DNA of 64,000 bases, taken from assembly GCA_964016885.1 (NCBI GenBank), contig OZ024743.1:252774001-252838000 (forward strand). The letters are read 5' to 3'. Numbering within the stretch: the stretch's first letter is position 1; each line of letters starts with the position of its first letter. The position numbers and the translations under genes were made by a program. A model generated the notes under the pieces. It had not been told where the DNA came from. It saw only the letters and a program-made list of their open reading frames with translations, and ran no database searches. The stretch is from Eledone cirrhosa (taxonomy: Eukaryota). Positions 1 to 13,426 of the stretch are shown here, in pieces.

Positions 1-65
<65 letters not shown>

Positions 66-245
66 TTATCCCAGGTTCAATCGGGGGTAACCTCAGTAAC
101 TAAGGTATTCAATGCATAGCAGTGTATAAATATTTAATATAGAAATGGCTTTTACAGGACTAGAAATGTTTCATGCGGGAGAAATCATCAAGGCTTCTTG
201 AAAGAGTTCTAGTGCTGTAGAAGCCATTTCTATATTAGACCATTA

Positions 246-2111
246 TCATCATCATCACCGTTTTACGTCTGTTCTTCCACGCTAGCATGGGTTAGACGGG
301 TTGTCCTGTTGTGGGTAGTAACCTGACCATACGGGAACTGATTCTGGCTTGATTTCTCCAGCTGGATACCGTTCCTAACACCAACCTCATTTACAGTGAG
401 TGCTGGGTGCTTTTTTGCCGTGGCACCTCCACGACCACTTTGCAGTGGGAGGGTGTCGGGTAAGGTCGGAGCTTTTATCACCTCATCCCAGATCTCCTTG
501 GGTCTCCTCATTCCGCGGTTTCCATCGACTTCTAGTGCTCTGCACCTTTTTATGCAGCTTTCATCCTTCATACGCATCACATGTCCATACCAACGCGAGG
601 TCCTCTCCTGCACACAGCATTTGATTCCTCTTATGCTCAGTCTCGCTCTCAATTCGTTTATGCTTTGCCGTTCGCATATATTACTATTACACATCCATCG
701 GAGCATGCAAGATTCGTTTCTTTCTAATCTACGCACGTCTGCTTCAGACAGTGCCCAGGTCTCCCTACCATGTAACATTGCATCATACAGTCTTCCCTTC
801 ATTTTGAGGGAAAAGCTTTTTGCAGCTAGCAGTGGCATTAGCTCCCTGATCTTCTTCCATACCGTTCTTACCCTAGTTATTGTACTTTCCGAACACCCAC
901 CTCCGCTGCTAATTCAGTCAACTAGGTAGCAGAAGCTGCCTACTGTTTCTACAGAGCCCTCCCAGAGTTTGGGGGTGCTTGTTTCCTGTGGCTGTCTGCT
1001 GCTTGCTGTCCCAGCACAGCTGCTACATGTGAAACCTACATTCTTAGTTAAGCTTCCTGAGATCCCACTACATCTCTTGTGTACCCATTGTTTGCATTTG
1101 GGGCAGAGAATGGAGTTCCTACCTACACCTATCCTACATACTGAGCAAGGCCATTTCCCTGAGGGGATCTGGGTTCTGTTTTCTCGTCTACTTACAAAGA
1201 CCTTAGTCTTTGTCAGGTTGACGTTGAGACCCTTTCTTTCTAGTCCCTGCTTCCAAGTTTGGAATTTCTTCTCTAGTTCTACCATAGATTCAGCTATAAG
1301 TGATAGGTCATCCTCATACAGGAGTTCCATGGGCATCCGGTCGTAAACTCCTTCGTTATTGTCTGCAGAACTATGATGAACAGGATAGGGCTAAGAACAG
1401 AGCCCTGGTGGACACCGACCTGTCTGCTAAATTCCTCACTATATTCATTGCTAATCCTAACTTTGCTGACTGCTCCCCTATACATGGCTTGTACATCTTC
1501 CACAAGCCATTCATCTACTCCTAGTTTTCTAAGAACCCACCATATTATAGCACGGGGTACTCTGTCAAAGCCTTCTCAAGATTGACAAATGCCATGTAGA
1601 GCGGTTTACTTTTAGCTAGGTACTTTTCCTGTAACTGCCTCACAAGGAAGAGGGCATCAGTGGTGCCTTTTCCTGGCACAACCGAAATTGCATCTCATCT
1701 AGTTTCACCCGGTCCCTAATCAATTGTGCTATAATTCTTTCTGTTACTTTCATGACCTGGTCCATCAGCTTTATACCTCTATAGTTTCCTCTATCTAGTG
1801 CATCACCTTTACCCTTGTAGCAGTTGACAATGATGCTGTTGCACCAATCCTTTGGTATGACACCTTCTAGTATTACCTGGTTAACAATACGTGTGGTTAT
1901 TTTGTGACCTACCGACCCAGATGCCTTCAATATCTCGGCAACTATATCCGATGGACCGGTTCCCTTCCCCCGTTTTCATATCTGTGATTACTTTACTTAC
2001 TACGCTGACCCCTCTATAGGGTCTACTTGGAGTAGGGTCTCTTCTTCCCATGCATTCTCCTCATTTAGTAATCTTTCATAATGGCTCTTCCACGCATCTT
2101 TCTTCTCAGCA
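246..2111 (-). mobile_element. Degenerate 5'-truncated RTE-clade LINE (RT fragments, Cys-rich insert, 3' UTR, (GAT)n tail)
   Basis: Minus-strand ORFs 1640-1930, 1294-1503, 914-1336 and 263-838 are colinear, frameshifted pieces of the 682-aa RT ORF at 55480-57528 (GDALDRGNYRGIKL, GVHQGSVLSP, LLYEDD, RWYGHV). The tail TCATCATCACCGTTTTACGTC is the reverse complement of the tail at ~57800. Confidence 0.93.
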
Positions 2112-3480
2112 GAAATAGCAGCTACAACAGGTAAATAAGGGGAATCACACAGTGAATCATAGTTGCGCTAGAGATGGCAGCTATATGAGCCAAACATGAG
2201 AAACCTCATGTGGTCCATTGGTGTGCTAGAAATAGAAGCTAAGTAGGTTGAACTAGAGATATCAGATACATCAGCAAAAAAGTGGGCATCTCATGGTAAT
2301 GCATACGAGTGCTTGAAATAGCAGTTACATCAGCTAAAGAGTTGAACCATATAGTGGTCCATAGATCTGCTAGAATAGCAGCTAAATAAGGAAACCTCAT
2401 GGTGGGCTCTGGGTTTGCTAGAAATAGCAGCTACATGAGCTAAATAGATCTAACTTCATTGCAGTCAATAGCTGTGCTACAAATAGCAGCTAAATAGTGG
2501 GAACCACATGATGGTTCTTATGTGTGCTAGAAATAGCAGCTATATCAACTTAATACGGGGAACCTCATAGTGGTCCATAGGTGTGCTAGAAATAGAAGCT
2601 ACTTCAACTTAATAGATTTAACCTCGTGGTGAGCTAGAAATAGCATAGAGCGAACCACATGGTAGTTCATAGGTGTGCTAGAAATAGCTGCTACATCAAC
2701 TAAAGTGGCGGAACCTCATAGTGGTCCGTAGTGGTCTAGGTGTACTAGAAATTTCAGCTACAACATCAAAACACAGTTTACTTCTTGTTGGTCCATACAT
2801 GTGCTAGAAATAGCAGCTACATCAGTTAAACTGGGGGAACCATCATGTGTTTGCCCCTTTTTAGCAGCTATTTATAGTGCACCTAAGAACAACCATGTGG
2901 TTCCACATATTTAGCTGCTATTTCTAGCACACATATGAACCACCATGGAGCTTCCTCTATTTAGCTACTATTTCTATCACATCTATGGCTTACCATAAGG
3001 TTCCTCCTATTTAGCTACTATTTCTAGCATGCCTATGGACCACAATAAGGTTCCCCCTATTTAGCTGTTATTTCTAGCTCGCCTATGGACCACCACGAGG
3101 TTGCATACCTGAAAACCACTATTAGATTCCTCTTGTTTAGCTGATGTAGCTACTTTTACTAACACACCTATGGACCACCATACATTTCCCCCTATTAAGA
3201 TGATGTGGCTATTTCTTGCACAACTAAGGACCACCATGAGGTTCCCCCATTTAGTTGATGTAGCTGCTATTTCTCGCACACCTATGTACCACCACGTGGT
3301 TCTCTCTATTTGGCTAATATAGCTGCTATTTCTAGTACACCTATTGACCACCATAAGTTTCCTTTAGTTTAGGTGATGTAGTTGCTATTTCTAGCACACC
3401 TATGGGCCATCATAAGTTTCCTTCAGTTTAGGTGATGTAGCTATTATTTCTAGCATACCTATGGGCCACCATGAGGATCC
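2112..3480. repeat. ~52-62 bp minisatellite in two opposite-orientation blocks
   Basis: Unit ~GTGTGCTAGAAATAGCAGCTACATCAACTAAATAGGGGAACCTCATGGTGGTCCATAG runs forward to ~2845, then as its reverse complement (AGCTGCTATTTCTAGC) from ~2850 to 3480. Confidence 0.88.
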
Positions 3481-3929
3481 AATTTAATTAGATTAATCCA
3501 TTTAGATTTTAGAAAAAGATTAACAAATTTTTGATATTAATTTATAAAGAGGACAAATTTAAATTAATGAAAAATGTTTTGAAATATTTAGATTTATATA
3601 AATATAGTTCTTGTTAATAAATATTGATAGGTAGTTGCAATAAAATATATTGTCAAGTAATAGAAACACTTTGAAAATGAATTAGACATATCATGGTGTA
3701 TTGTCTATAATACAACTTGAGTATAAAACAATTGTTTCTGAAACTGAAAAAATTGCAGCCTTGTATATTTTCCAGCCAAAAATAGTAAATATTTATTACT
3801 TTTGTACTATGTTATCTATCAAAATGTTTATCTCACACATATATTTCACTACAATATTCATTTCTGGTAATTATCTTAATGGTATTAATCAAGATAATAT
3901 ACTTTCTGTTTGATATAACTTCATTAATG

Positions 3930-4275
3930 TTCATCATCATTGTCTAACCTATGCCTACATTGGTTAGAACGGCTGTAATGTTATGAGGTCAGGCAGGTCA
4001 AGTGGCCATCTTGATCATGCACTCCATTTTTGGCTTGACTTTCTACAGCTGGATACCCTTCCTATGCCAACCACCTTATAGAGTTGACATGGTGATTTTG
4101 TAATGGCACCAGCAGTAACACCTAGGAGAGTGGACTGGATGATTTTTGTCATGTCACCAGTATGAACATCTTATAGAGTGACCTGTTTACTTTTTGTTGT
4201 GGTACCAACAGTGTTCCCTCTTTACAGTGTGGACTAAATGCTTTCTCTTATGGAACAAGAATGAAACTCTTACAA
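3930..4275 (-). mobile_element. Old RTE 3' end with tandemly expanded UTR unit
   Basis: CATCATCAT tail, GGCTTGACTTTCTACAGCTGGATACCCTTCC matches the RTE UTR, followed by repeated TTTACAGTGTGGACT-like units. Confidence 0.7.
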
Positions 4276-4726
4276 TGTTGGGAGCAATCGATGTGCCATG
4301 GAGGTGGCTTTGAAAAGTGATTTTTCTTTGGTAGTACACTGTGGAAAATAACACTCATGAGATTTGTCCACCAGCGATGCAGCTGGTGGATACACATCAT
4401 AATCAAATACCGATTTTCCATGCCTGCCTAGGCCTAATGCTCTGAGACTATTTCAAACATGCAGAGAGGGCACTCTTTATATGTTGACTACTGATTATTG
4501 AGGGGTTCTGTATATAAGCTACAGAAATAAAAAAAAAAGATTAATTATATTTATTTCTATAAAACTATCACCTTTCTACTTTGAGTTTTCTTATGACCAC
4601 TGAGCATATTTGCAATTTTTCCAATCTAAATGAATATTTTTAAGCTTAATAAATACTTTTGAAAATGTACCTTGTTTTTGTTTTAATTTTGGTTTAAAAT
4701 GTTTCATATTATACACTCAAAAAATA

Positions 4727-4910
4727 CTTGTTTCGACTTTTGGCACAAGGCCAGCAATTATCCCAGTGCATTACTGGTACTTAATTTTATCGACCCCATA
4801 AGGATGAAAGGTAAAGTTAACCTCGGCGGGATTTGAACTCAGACCGTAAAGGGACGTAACTATGCTGGAAAGCATGGTGTCCAACCCTCTACCAATACTG
4901 CCAATCCAAT
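4727..4910 (-). mobile_element. tRNA-derived SINE (family A; central domain resembles Meta/MESC)
   Basis: Minus strand has box A TGGCAGTATTGG, box B GAGTTCAAATCC and CCTTTCATCCTTATGGGGTCGATAAAA. Closely similar copies at 39678, 41621 and 61792. Confidence 0.88.
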
Positions 4911-5487
4911 ACTGAACAATAGCAACAACAGCCCTACAAACATTTGACAGGAGTTCTGGTGGCACCAGAACTGGAGAGGTTATGATGTCCACAAGAAGAT
5001 TAACAGGCATCTTGTGCACTCTACCACCTAAATTTTCCTCTAGACTAAAATCCTGGCACCAACACTAGAGAGATTGTCATGCTTGCAATAAGACCAAACA
5101 GGTATCCCCTCTAACCTAATTATCTAAATCTTGATCTAAACTACAATCTTGTCCACAGCCAAAAATATACAGATTATTCCATCCGGTAACAACATCACTT
5201 AAATTCTTTTTCTAATCATTTAATCTGATAAGAACTGAAATAATTCTTATTTTTCTGTCTGAAATTTCACAGTAACTAGATATCAGAACCAATCTTTGTG
5301 TTGTTATTGTTTCTACCATGACCTCATCTGACTAATCAAGTTTCATATCTTTCTCGTCTTGTCTCAGGATACTTGCCTTAATTCTTAAAAACGCATGTTG
5401 GAAATCAATAAAACCAATATTGCAGTTGTAATATATTTGTGTTTCGAAAGTTCTTTTCTATTTATTTCATTATGTAGGCAGCTTCGT

Positions 5488-5511
5488 TATTATTATCATC
5501 ATCATCACCTA

Positions 5512-5560
<49 letters not shown>

Positions 5561-6510
5561 TATGTTTGTTCTTCACCCTTCAACTAATCAATTAGCAACA
5601 TAAATACTTCTCTTTATATCTAAAGAGTACATCTTTCATCCGACCTAATCAATAGAACCAAACTATGCTGAGCTTTTCATTACATTAACTGGAGCAAGCG
5701 GCAGCATGTTGTTGGTCTACAAGGGCACACACCTGCTACAATGATTCTGGTTGTTGCTCTCTCTTGTAAGTTCAGATTTAATTTTGCAGATTATGTTTCG
5801 ATAGGGACAGAGAGAAATGGTAGGGGGAAGAGTGGGGGAAGCAAGAGACAGACAGAGCAAGACAGAGAAAGAGAGACTGACCAGGACAGAGAGAGGGAAG
5901 ATAGAGGCAGATTGAGATTGAAGGAGGAAAGAGACAGAAAGGCAGAGAGAGAGGGGGAAGATAGAGACAGATAGGGAAGGGACAGAGGGAAACAGAGACA
6001 GAGAGGGGAGAGAGAGACAGAGAGAAGGAAAAGAGAGAGAGATCGAGAGAGAGAGGGGGAGATCTGTGGCAACAAAAGAGTCAAAGATGTTAAAACATAT
6101 TGAAATTGGATCAATCAACAGTCCAATATGGATGTCTGATATTTAATCAGCAAGATAAGGTGTTCACCTTGTGACTCTAATGAGTCACAGGTAAAAATAG
6201 GTTGATCAAAGAAAATAGAAGTAGGCATACTTTTTGATGTAGTATATATTATTGTTTGTTATTGATATTACTGTTTTGTTGGATGCTGCTGCAGTTGTTG
6301 TTGGTACAGTTTTTGCTGTTATTGTGGGTATTACTGTTGTTGTCTGTTTCCGTTGTTGCTGTTGTCATTGTTGGTATTGTGGATATTGCTGTTGTTGTGA
6401 TCTCTGTTGTTGTTGTTGTTGTTGGTATTATGGATATCACTGTTGTTGCTATTGCATTTATTGCTGCAGCTGTTGTTGCAGCTTTGTTCTTGATTTTACT
6501 GTTATTGCTT
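5488..6510. repeat. Simple-sequence cluster: (TAT)n, GA-rich tract, (GTT)n-rich tract
   Basis: Directly visible at 5488-5560, 5800-6060 and 6250-6510. The overlapping ORFs are low-complexity artefacts. Confidence 0.9.
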
Positions 6511-6599
6511 TCTAACACAGACTAAATTATTTTTTATCTTTCTATATTTGTTTTAATAGAAACTGTGACACATTAATTAAAGTATTGTTTACTGTTTAA

Positions 6600-6720
6600 T
6601 GTGAGGAGCATGCCTTGGTTATTAGTGTGTTTGGCTCATGATTGTAAGATCATGGGTTCAATCCCTAGACCAGATGGTGTGTTGTGTACTTCAGCAAGGC
6701 ATTTCCTTTCCTCACTGATC
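6600..6720 (+). mobile_element. Degenerate tRNA-head/CORE-type SINE fragment (family B)
   Basis: Box B GGGTTCAATCCC followed by CORE-like GTGTTGTGTACTTCAGCAAGGCATTT. Confidence 0.6.
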
Positions 6721-6974
6721 AAATTCACTAACCTGAGAACCATCAAAGCTGGAGTAACTTTATTTTATCAATCTCTGAAAGGTTAAAAAGCAAAATGACT
6801 TCAATGGATCTGAACTCAGGACCCAGAGAGTTGGAAGAAATGCTGCTCAACATTTTGTCCTATGCTATAAGAGATTGGCTATTCTGCTATCTTATGCTAA
6901 CTAAGTTACATTTTCATTTACTTTGAGGATACATCAAATGCACTGGATATTATCTAAACACTGCAAAACAACAT

Positions 6975-9950
6975 CACATCCGAGGCTCTAGACATCACAC
7001 TTTCATTACACTACATCACATCAAAGGTTCTAGACATCACCCTATCATTACATAACATCACATCCGAGGTGTTAGACATCACCCTATCATTGCATAACAA
7101 CACATCCAAGGTGTTAGACATCACCCTATCATTACACTACACCACATCAAAGGCTCTAGACATCACCTTATCATTACACAGTACCACACCAAAGGCTCTA
7201 GACATCACCCTTTCATTACACTACACCACATCAAAGGCTCTAGACATCACCCTTTCATTACACTACACCACATCAAAGGCTCTAGATATCACCCTATCAT
7301 TACACTACACCACATCCAAGGTGTTAGACATCACCCTTTCATTGCACTATGTAACATCAAAGGCTCTAGACATCACCCTATCATTACACTACACCACATC
7401 AAAGGCTCTAGACATCACCCTTTCATTACACTACACCACATCAAAGGCTCTAGACATCACCTTATCATTACACTACACCACATCAAAGGCTCTAGACATC
7501 ACCCTTTCATTACACTACACCACATCAAAGGCTCTAGACATCACCCTTTCATTACACTACACCACATCAAAGGCTCTAGACATCACCCTTTCATGAAAGG
7601 CTCTAGATATCACCCTATCATTAAACTACACCACATCAAAGGCTCTAGATATCACCCTATCATTACACTACACCACATCACCAAAGGCTCTAGACATCAC
7701 CCTATCATTACACTTACACCACATCAAAGGCTCTAGACTTTGCCCTTTCATTACACTATACCACATCAAAGGCTCTAGACATCACCCTATCATTACACAG
7801 CACCACATCAAAGGCTCTAGATATCACCCTTTCATTACACTACACCACATCAAAGGCTCTAGACATCACCCTTTCATTACACAGCACCACATCAAAGGCT
7901 CTAGACATCACCCTTTCATTACACTACACCACATCAAAGGCTCTAGACATCACCCTTTGATTACACTACACCACATCAAAGGCTCTAGATATCACCCTAT
8001 CATTACACTACACCACATCAAAGGCTCTAGATATTACCCTATCTTTACACTACACCACATCAAAGGCTCTAGACATCACCCTTTCATTACACTACACCAC
8101 ATCAAAGGCTCTAGACATCACCTTATCATTACACTACACCACATCAAAGGCTCTAGACATCACCCTTTCATTACACTACACCACATCAAAGGCTCTAGAC
8201 ATCACCCTATCATTACACTACACCACATCAAAGGCTCTAAACATCACCATTTTATAACACTACACCACATCCAAGGTGTTAGACATCACACTTTCATTAC
8301 ACTATACCACATCAAAGGCTCTAGACATCACCTTATCATTACACAGTACCACACCAAAGGCTCTAGACATCACCCTTTCATTACACTACACCACATCAAA
8401 GGCTCTAGACATCACCCTATCATTACACTACACCACATCAAAGGCTCTATACATCACCCTTTCATTACACTACACCACATCAAAGGCTCTAGACATCACC
8501 TTATCATTACACTACACCACATCAAAGGCTCTAGACATCACCCTTTCATTACACTACACCACATCAAAGGCTCTAGACATCACCCTATCATTACACTACA
8601 CCACATCAAAGGCTCTAAACATCACCATTTTATAACACTACACCACATCCAAGGTGTTAGACATCACACTTTCATTACACTACACCACATCAAAGGCTCT
8701 AGACATCACCCTTTCATTACACTACACCACATCAAAGGCTCTAGACATCACCCTTTCATTACACTACACCACATCAAAGGCTCTAGACATCACCCTTTCA
8801 TGAAAGGCTCTAGATATCACCCTATCATTACACTACACCACATCAAAGGCTCTAGATATCACCCTATCATTACACTACACCACATCACCAAAGGCTCTAG
8901 ACATCACCCTATCATTACACTTACACCACATCAAAGGCTCTAGACTTTGCCCTTTCATTACACTATACCACATCAAAGGCTCTAGACATCACCCTATCAT
9001 TACACAGCACCACATCAAAGGCTCTAGATATCACCCTTTCATTACACTACACCACATCAAAGGCTCTAGATATCACCCTTTCATTACACTACACCACATC
9101 AAAGGCTCTAGACATCACCCTTTCATTACACAGCACCACATCAAAGGCTCTAGATATCACCCTTTCATTACACTACACCACATCAAAGGCTCTAGACATC
9201 ACCCTTTCATTACACAGCACCACATCAAAGGCTCTAGATATCACCCTTTCATTACACTACACCACATCAAAGGCTCTAGACATCACCCTTTCATTACACA
9301 GCACCACATCAAAGGCTCTAGATATCACCCTTTCATTACACTACACCACATCAAAGGCTCTAGACATCACCCTATCATTACACAGCACCACATCAAAGGC
9401 TCTAGATATCACCCTTTCATTACACTACACCACATCAAAGGCTCTAGACATCACCCTTTCATTACACAGCACCACATCAAAGGCTCTAGACATCACCCTT
9501 TGATTACACTACACCACATCAAAGGCTCTAGTCATCACCCTTTGATTACACTACACCACATCAAAGGCTCTAGATATCACCCTATCATTACACTACACCA
9601 CATCAAAGGCTCTAGACATTACCCTATCTTTACACTACACCACATCAAAGGCTCTAGACATCACCCTATCATTACATAGCATCACATCTGAGACTCTGGA
9701 TATAACCCATCATTACATCAACAGTTCTAGATGTCACTCAATCATTACAGAACATCACGTCACAGGCTCGAGGCGTCACACATTCATTATACAACACTAC
9801 ATCAAAGGCTCTAGATATCACCCCATCTTTCCACTACACCACATCAAATACTCTAGATATCACCTATCATTACAGAACATCAGATCAAAGGCTCAGGACA
9901 TCACCTTAGTATTGCACAACATTAGCGGCTCTGGATGTCACTCTATCATT
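6975..9950. repeat. 42-bp minisatellite, about 70 copies
   Basis: Unit ACACCACATCAAAGGCTCTAGACATCACCCTTTCATTACACT. The 14-aa periodicity of ORFs 7069, 7957 and 8276 matches it. Centre is homogeneous and edges are decayed. Confidence 0.97.
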
Positions 9951-10126
9951 ACACAACAACACCACCACTACTGCAAGAACATAGCAGAGGGAGAAATGTT
10001 TATACTTGCTCCTCCTCCCTCTATCACTAACCCCCCTCTCTGTCTGTCTCTCCCTCTGTCCCTCCTCTCTCTATCAATTTTACCATCTCTCTGTTCCTCT
10101 TGACTTACTCCTTCTATCACTGTCTC

Positions 10127-10280
10127 TCAATATTTAAATTCCTTTTCTAGTATTAATTACATTTTTCAATATTTAAATACAATTTTCACTATTTAAATAT
10201 ATTTTTCAATATTTAAATTCATTTTTCAATATTCAAATGTATGTTTTAGTTTCAAATTCATTTTTCAGTATTTAAGTATG
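10127..10280. repeat. 20-bp AT-rich tandem repeat
   Basis: TCAATATTTAAATTCATTTT repeated about 7 times. Confidence 0.75.
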
Positions 10281-10489
10281 CTGCCAATTTTTCCTTATAC
10301 AATTTATTTTATAACCTTATTTAATATAAGAGAATATAATTGAGAAGATTTTCCCTGAGAACATTTATAATATTGGATTACATGGCATGGTTTGTTAGGA
10401 GACATGTGTCAGTTTTCAAATAACATTACATTATATGTTGATAAATCAGGTTAATGATTCAAAATAGAGTGAGCAAATGTTATTGAGTG

Positions 10490-10611
10490 AGCAATAGAGA
10501 GAGAGAGAAGGATCAAGTGAGCAAGAAAGGGCTTGAGTAAGTAAGAAAGAGAGAGAGGTAGAGGGAGAAAGAAAGAAAAGGATCAAGTGAGCAAGAAATG
10601 AATTGAGTGAG

Positions 10612-10665
<54 letters not shown>

Positions 10666-10903
10666 GTGATAGATAGTACAAGAGAAGAAATGAGAGAGAA
10701 GTAGAGAGAGAAAACAAGAGAAAGAGAACAAGAGAGAGACATACTAAGAAAACGAAAAGAGAGTGAGAGAGACAGAGAGTGCAAGAGCAGGGAGACAAGT
10801 GAGAGAAAGAGAGAGAGAGAACATGAGAGCACACAACGAAGAGAGGGGGGGGGCTTATAATTTAGATGATGTGTTATGTAGCACATCATCTAAATTGACA
10901 TGA

Positions 10904-10940
<37 letters not shown>
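10490..10940. repeat. GA-rich tract and (GA)n microsatellites
   Basis: Directly visible. Confidence 0.9.
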
Positions 10941-10943
<3 letters not shown>

Positions 10944-12129
10944 TGTGTAACAAAATACCACCCAAAATAACAAGATGACAAGAAGAAGACCAACGTTTAT
11001 TTCTTATATGTTTGCTATCTCAGCTTTAGACATATTCTCTTGCAAGATAGCCACTGTCTTCTTTAAAAGTCCTCTTCCTGCACTACACTAATAAGATTAG
11101 CCACTTTAGTTGAGCAGCAGAACCTTGCCTTCAACATATCAACACAAGAGAAACCCATTGGATTTCATGCTGACACTATGTCAATCTTTGTTAAGATATA
11201 GCAAGCAACGATGTCAGTAATTTGGATTGTCATGAAATGAAAACATTTTACTTGCAAAGTCCATCTATCTATCTCTCCTCTCTCTTACATTTACACTCAA
11301 GAGAGAAACTGATTGATGCTTTCATTCTCTCATCTTCTTCTCTCTCTCTGTGATCAGTATATATTGCTTTTAACTGAATTACTTATCAAATACCACCATG
11401 TAACTTTATCATATACACACTCCATTATTAATGATGTATTTTAGAGGAATTTAAAATAAATTCAACCACAGGCATCATCATAATCCTCACCACCAACAAC
11501 CTCAATACCATCACCACAACCACCAGCCCCACTATCAATTGTCCCCACCACCAGCACAACCCACATCACTGCCCCATCAATTATCATGACAATGACTGCC
11601 ACCATCATACCGATCACCCCCACCACCACCAATACCACACTCACCATAATCTCTATCACCAATACCATCAGCTCTGCTGCAATTCCCACCAAATCAGTTT
11701 CTCTTTCCTCATTAAGATATTCACAAATTTGAAGGTTACAAACTTCACACTAATTCTTTCTGAAAGTCCAAATTTAATTAAAAGGCTGACACTAACTTAA
11801 TGAATATGGTATTTCTCAGCAATGCAGGGAAAGGTGAAATTTTAAGTGTTACTAAAGCACTTCATATTTTTATTATGCAGCCATCACAAAGTTATTTAAA
11901 TGTATAACTTAAAGACATTTTTTCTTTATATCAACATTATTTTATGCCTTCTAAATCTCTTTTGCTATATCATATTATACAGATTTAATCTTTTTTTAGT
12001 AAATTATAATGTCCTCTCCACTTGTTTCATCATTATCATTATAATCATCATCATAATCATTTACCATGTTTTTTTTCTGCTAGAAACAGTTGAACAGGTC
12101 GTCACAGGCCAAGTCAGTACTTAATTGGT

Positions 12130-12575
12130 GCTATTGACCTCTCGTTCCATATATCTCTCTGTCTATTAACCACACTCACCACACACTCTACCTCCATCTT
12201 CTATAAGCCCACTGATTCCCACTCCTACCTCGACTTCACCTCCTCCCATCCAACCTACACCAAACTCTCCATAATCTACTGCCAATCCCTTCGTCTTCAT
12301 CGGCTCTGTAGCAGAAACCACAATTTCAAGACCCAATCCCAACACTTGGCATCCCGCTTCAACCAGTGTGGATACCTCTTCACCCTGATCCAAGCTACCC
12401 TCACCATACCTGTGAAGACGACTACATCACAGCACTTGCACCACAACACCACCACCATCCCAACACCCACCTTTTGTTTCTGCCACTGACTGTCTCCTCA
12501 ATCTTTCTATTTCTTCTTTAGTTTCTCATTCTAATTTTTTATGAAGAATTAGCCTCCAAAACGTTAAGACACTTT
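12130..12575 (+). mobile_element. Neptune-like Penelope element fragment (RT C-terminus/thumb) with decayed HHR-like tail
   Basis: Hand translation from ~12190 gives TSIFYKPTDSHSYLDFTSSHPTYTKLSIIYCQSLRLHRLCS...FNQCGY, matching the PLE motif KPTD..SYL...S.HP...K.SI.YSQ.LRL.RICS. The tail TTTATGAAGAATTAGCCTCCAAAACGTTAAGA resembles CTGATGA-stem-GAAACGTT. Confidence 0.8.
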
Positions 12576-12656
12576 GGTTATTATATCAAATGTAAAACTA
12601 ATAATATATTTCTTCATTGTACTGTGTCATTTGCTTTGTTATTTCTGGTTGTCTTT

Positions 12657-12690
<34 letters not shown>

Positions 12691-12693
<3 letters not shown>

Positions 12694-13030
12694 GGCATCA
12701 CGCAGTGATATAGGAGACCCGACTTCCCATGGGTACAAGCCGAAGCTGAAGCATATATGCCCCTCCCCCTCCCACTGCAAAGTGGTCGTGGAGTTGTCAC
12801 GACAAAAAAGCACCCAGCCCATACCGTAAAGTGGCCGTGTATGTGCCATGGTAAAAGAGCAGCCAGCACTCACTGTAAATGAGGTTGGTGTTAGGAAGGG
12901 TATCCAGCTGTAGAAATCAAGCCAAAATCAGTTCCCGTATGAGCAAGACAAGGTCACTCGACCTAACATTGCCCACAACAGGACAATCCATCTAACTCAT
13001 GCTAGCATGGAAGAATGGACATAATGATGA
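12691..13030 (+). mobile_element. RTE LINE 3' terminal fragment
   Basis: Aligns by eye to 57477-57820; preceded by (TA)n. Confidence 0.9.
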
Positions 13031-13394
13031 TATATCAACATCATCATCACAGTTTAATGTCCATTTTCCATGCTTGCATGGGTTAAATGAGTCATCCACA
13101 ACATGAAACAAGTCTTGCCATATTTGCCGCATCATACCTTGCATAATATTGGAACTGTTTCTGTGATTTGGGATCATGCTGGACCCATTATGAGGGAAGA
13201 CCGGCCACCTGGAATGAGAGATCAATAGCACCAATTATGTTTTTCTCATATTAGAGCCCTGAGTAGTGCCATTATGAGGAGGGTCGGGCCAAGTTGGCCC
13301 CGCCCATATCCTGCTCACGGAACCATAATTTGGGAAATGGGTAGTCACCCTATAAGGGAGGTTGAGCAAGCTGGATGTGCCAAATCTTTAGTAT

Positions 13395-13426
<32 letters not shown>

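Noticed and set aside
5690-5775. Possible small host exon ending in GTAAGT
   Set aside because: No recognisable protein similarity or partner exons; RNA-seq would be needed.
6975-9950. CRISPR-like appearance of the 42-bp array (also the 82-bp array)
   Set aside because: Units are head-to-tail with no unique spacers, there are no cas genes, and the context is eukaryotic.
10859-10896. 38-bp palindrome AATTTAGATGATGTG...CACATCATCTAAATT (similar one at 23838-23886)
   Set aside because: Real but short and embedded in simple repeats; no further structure to interpret.
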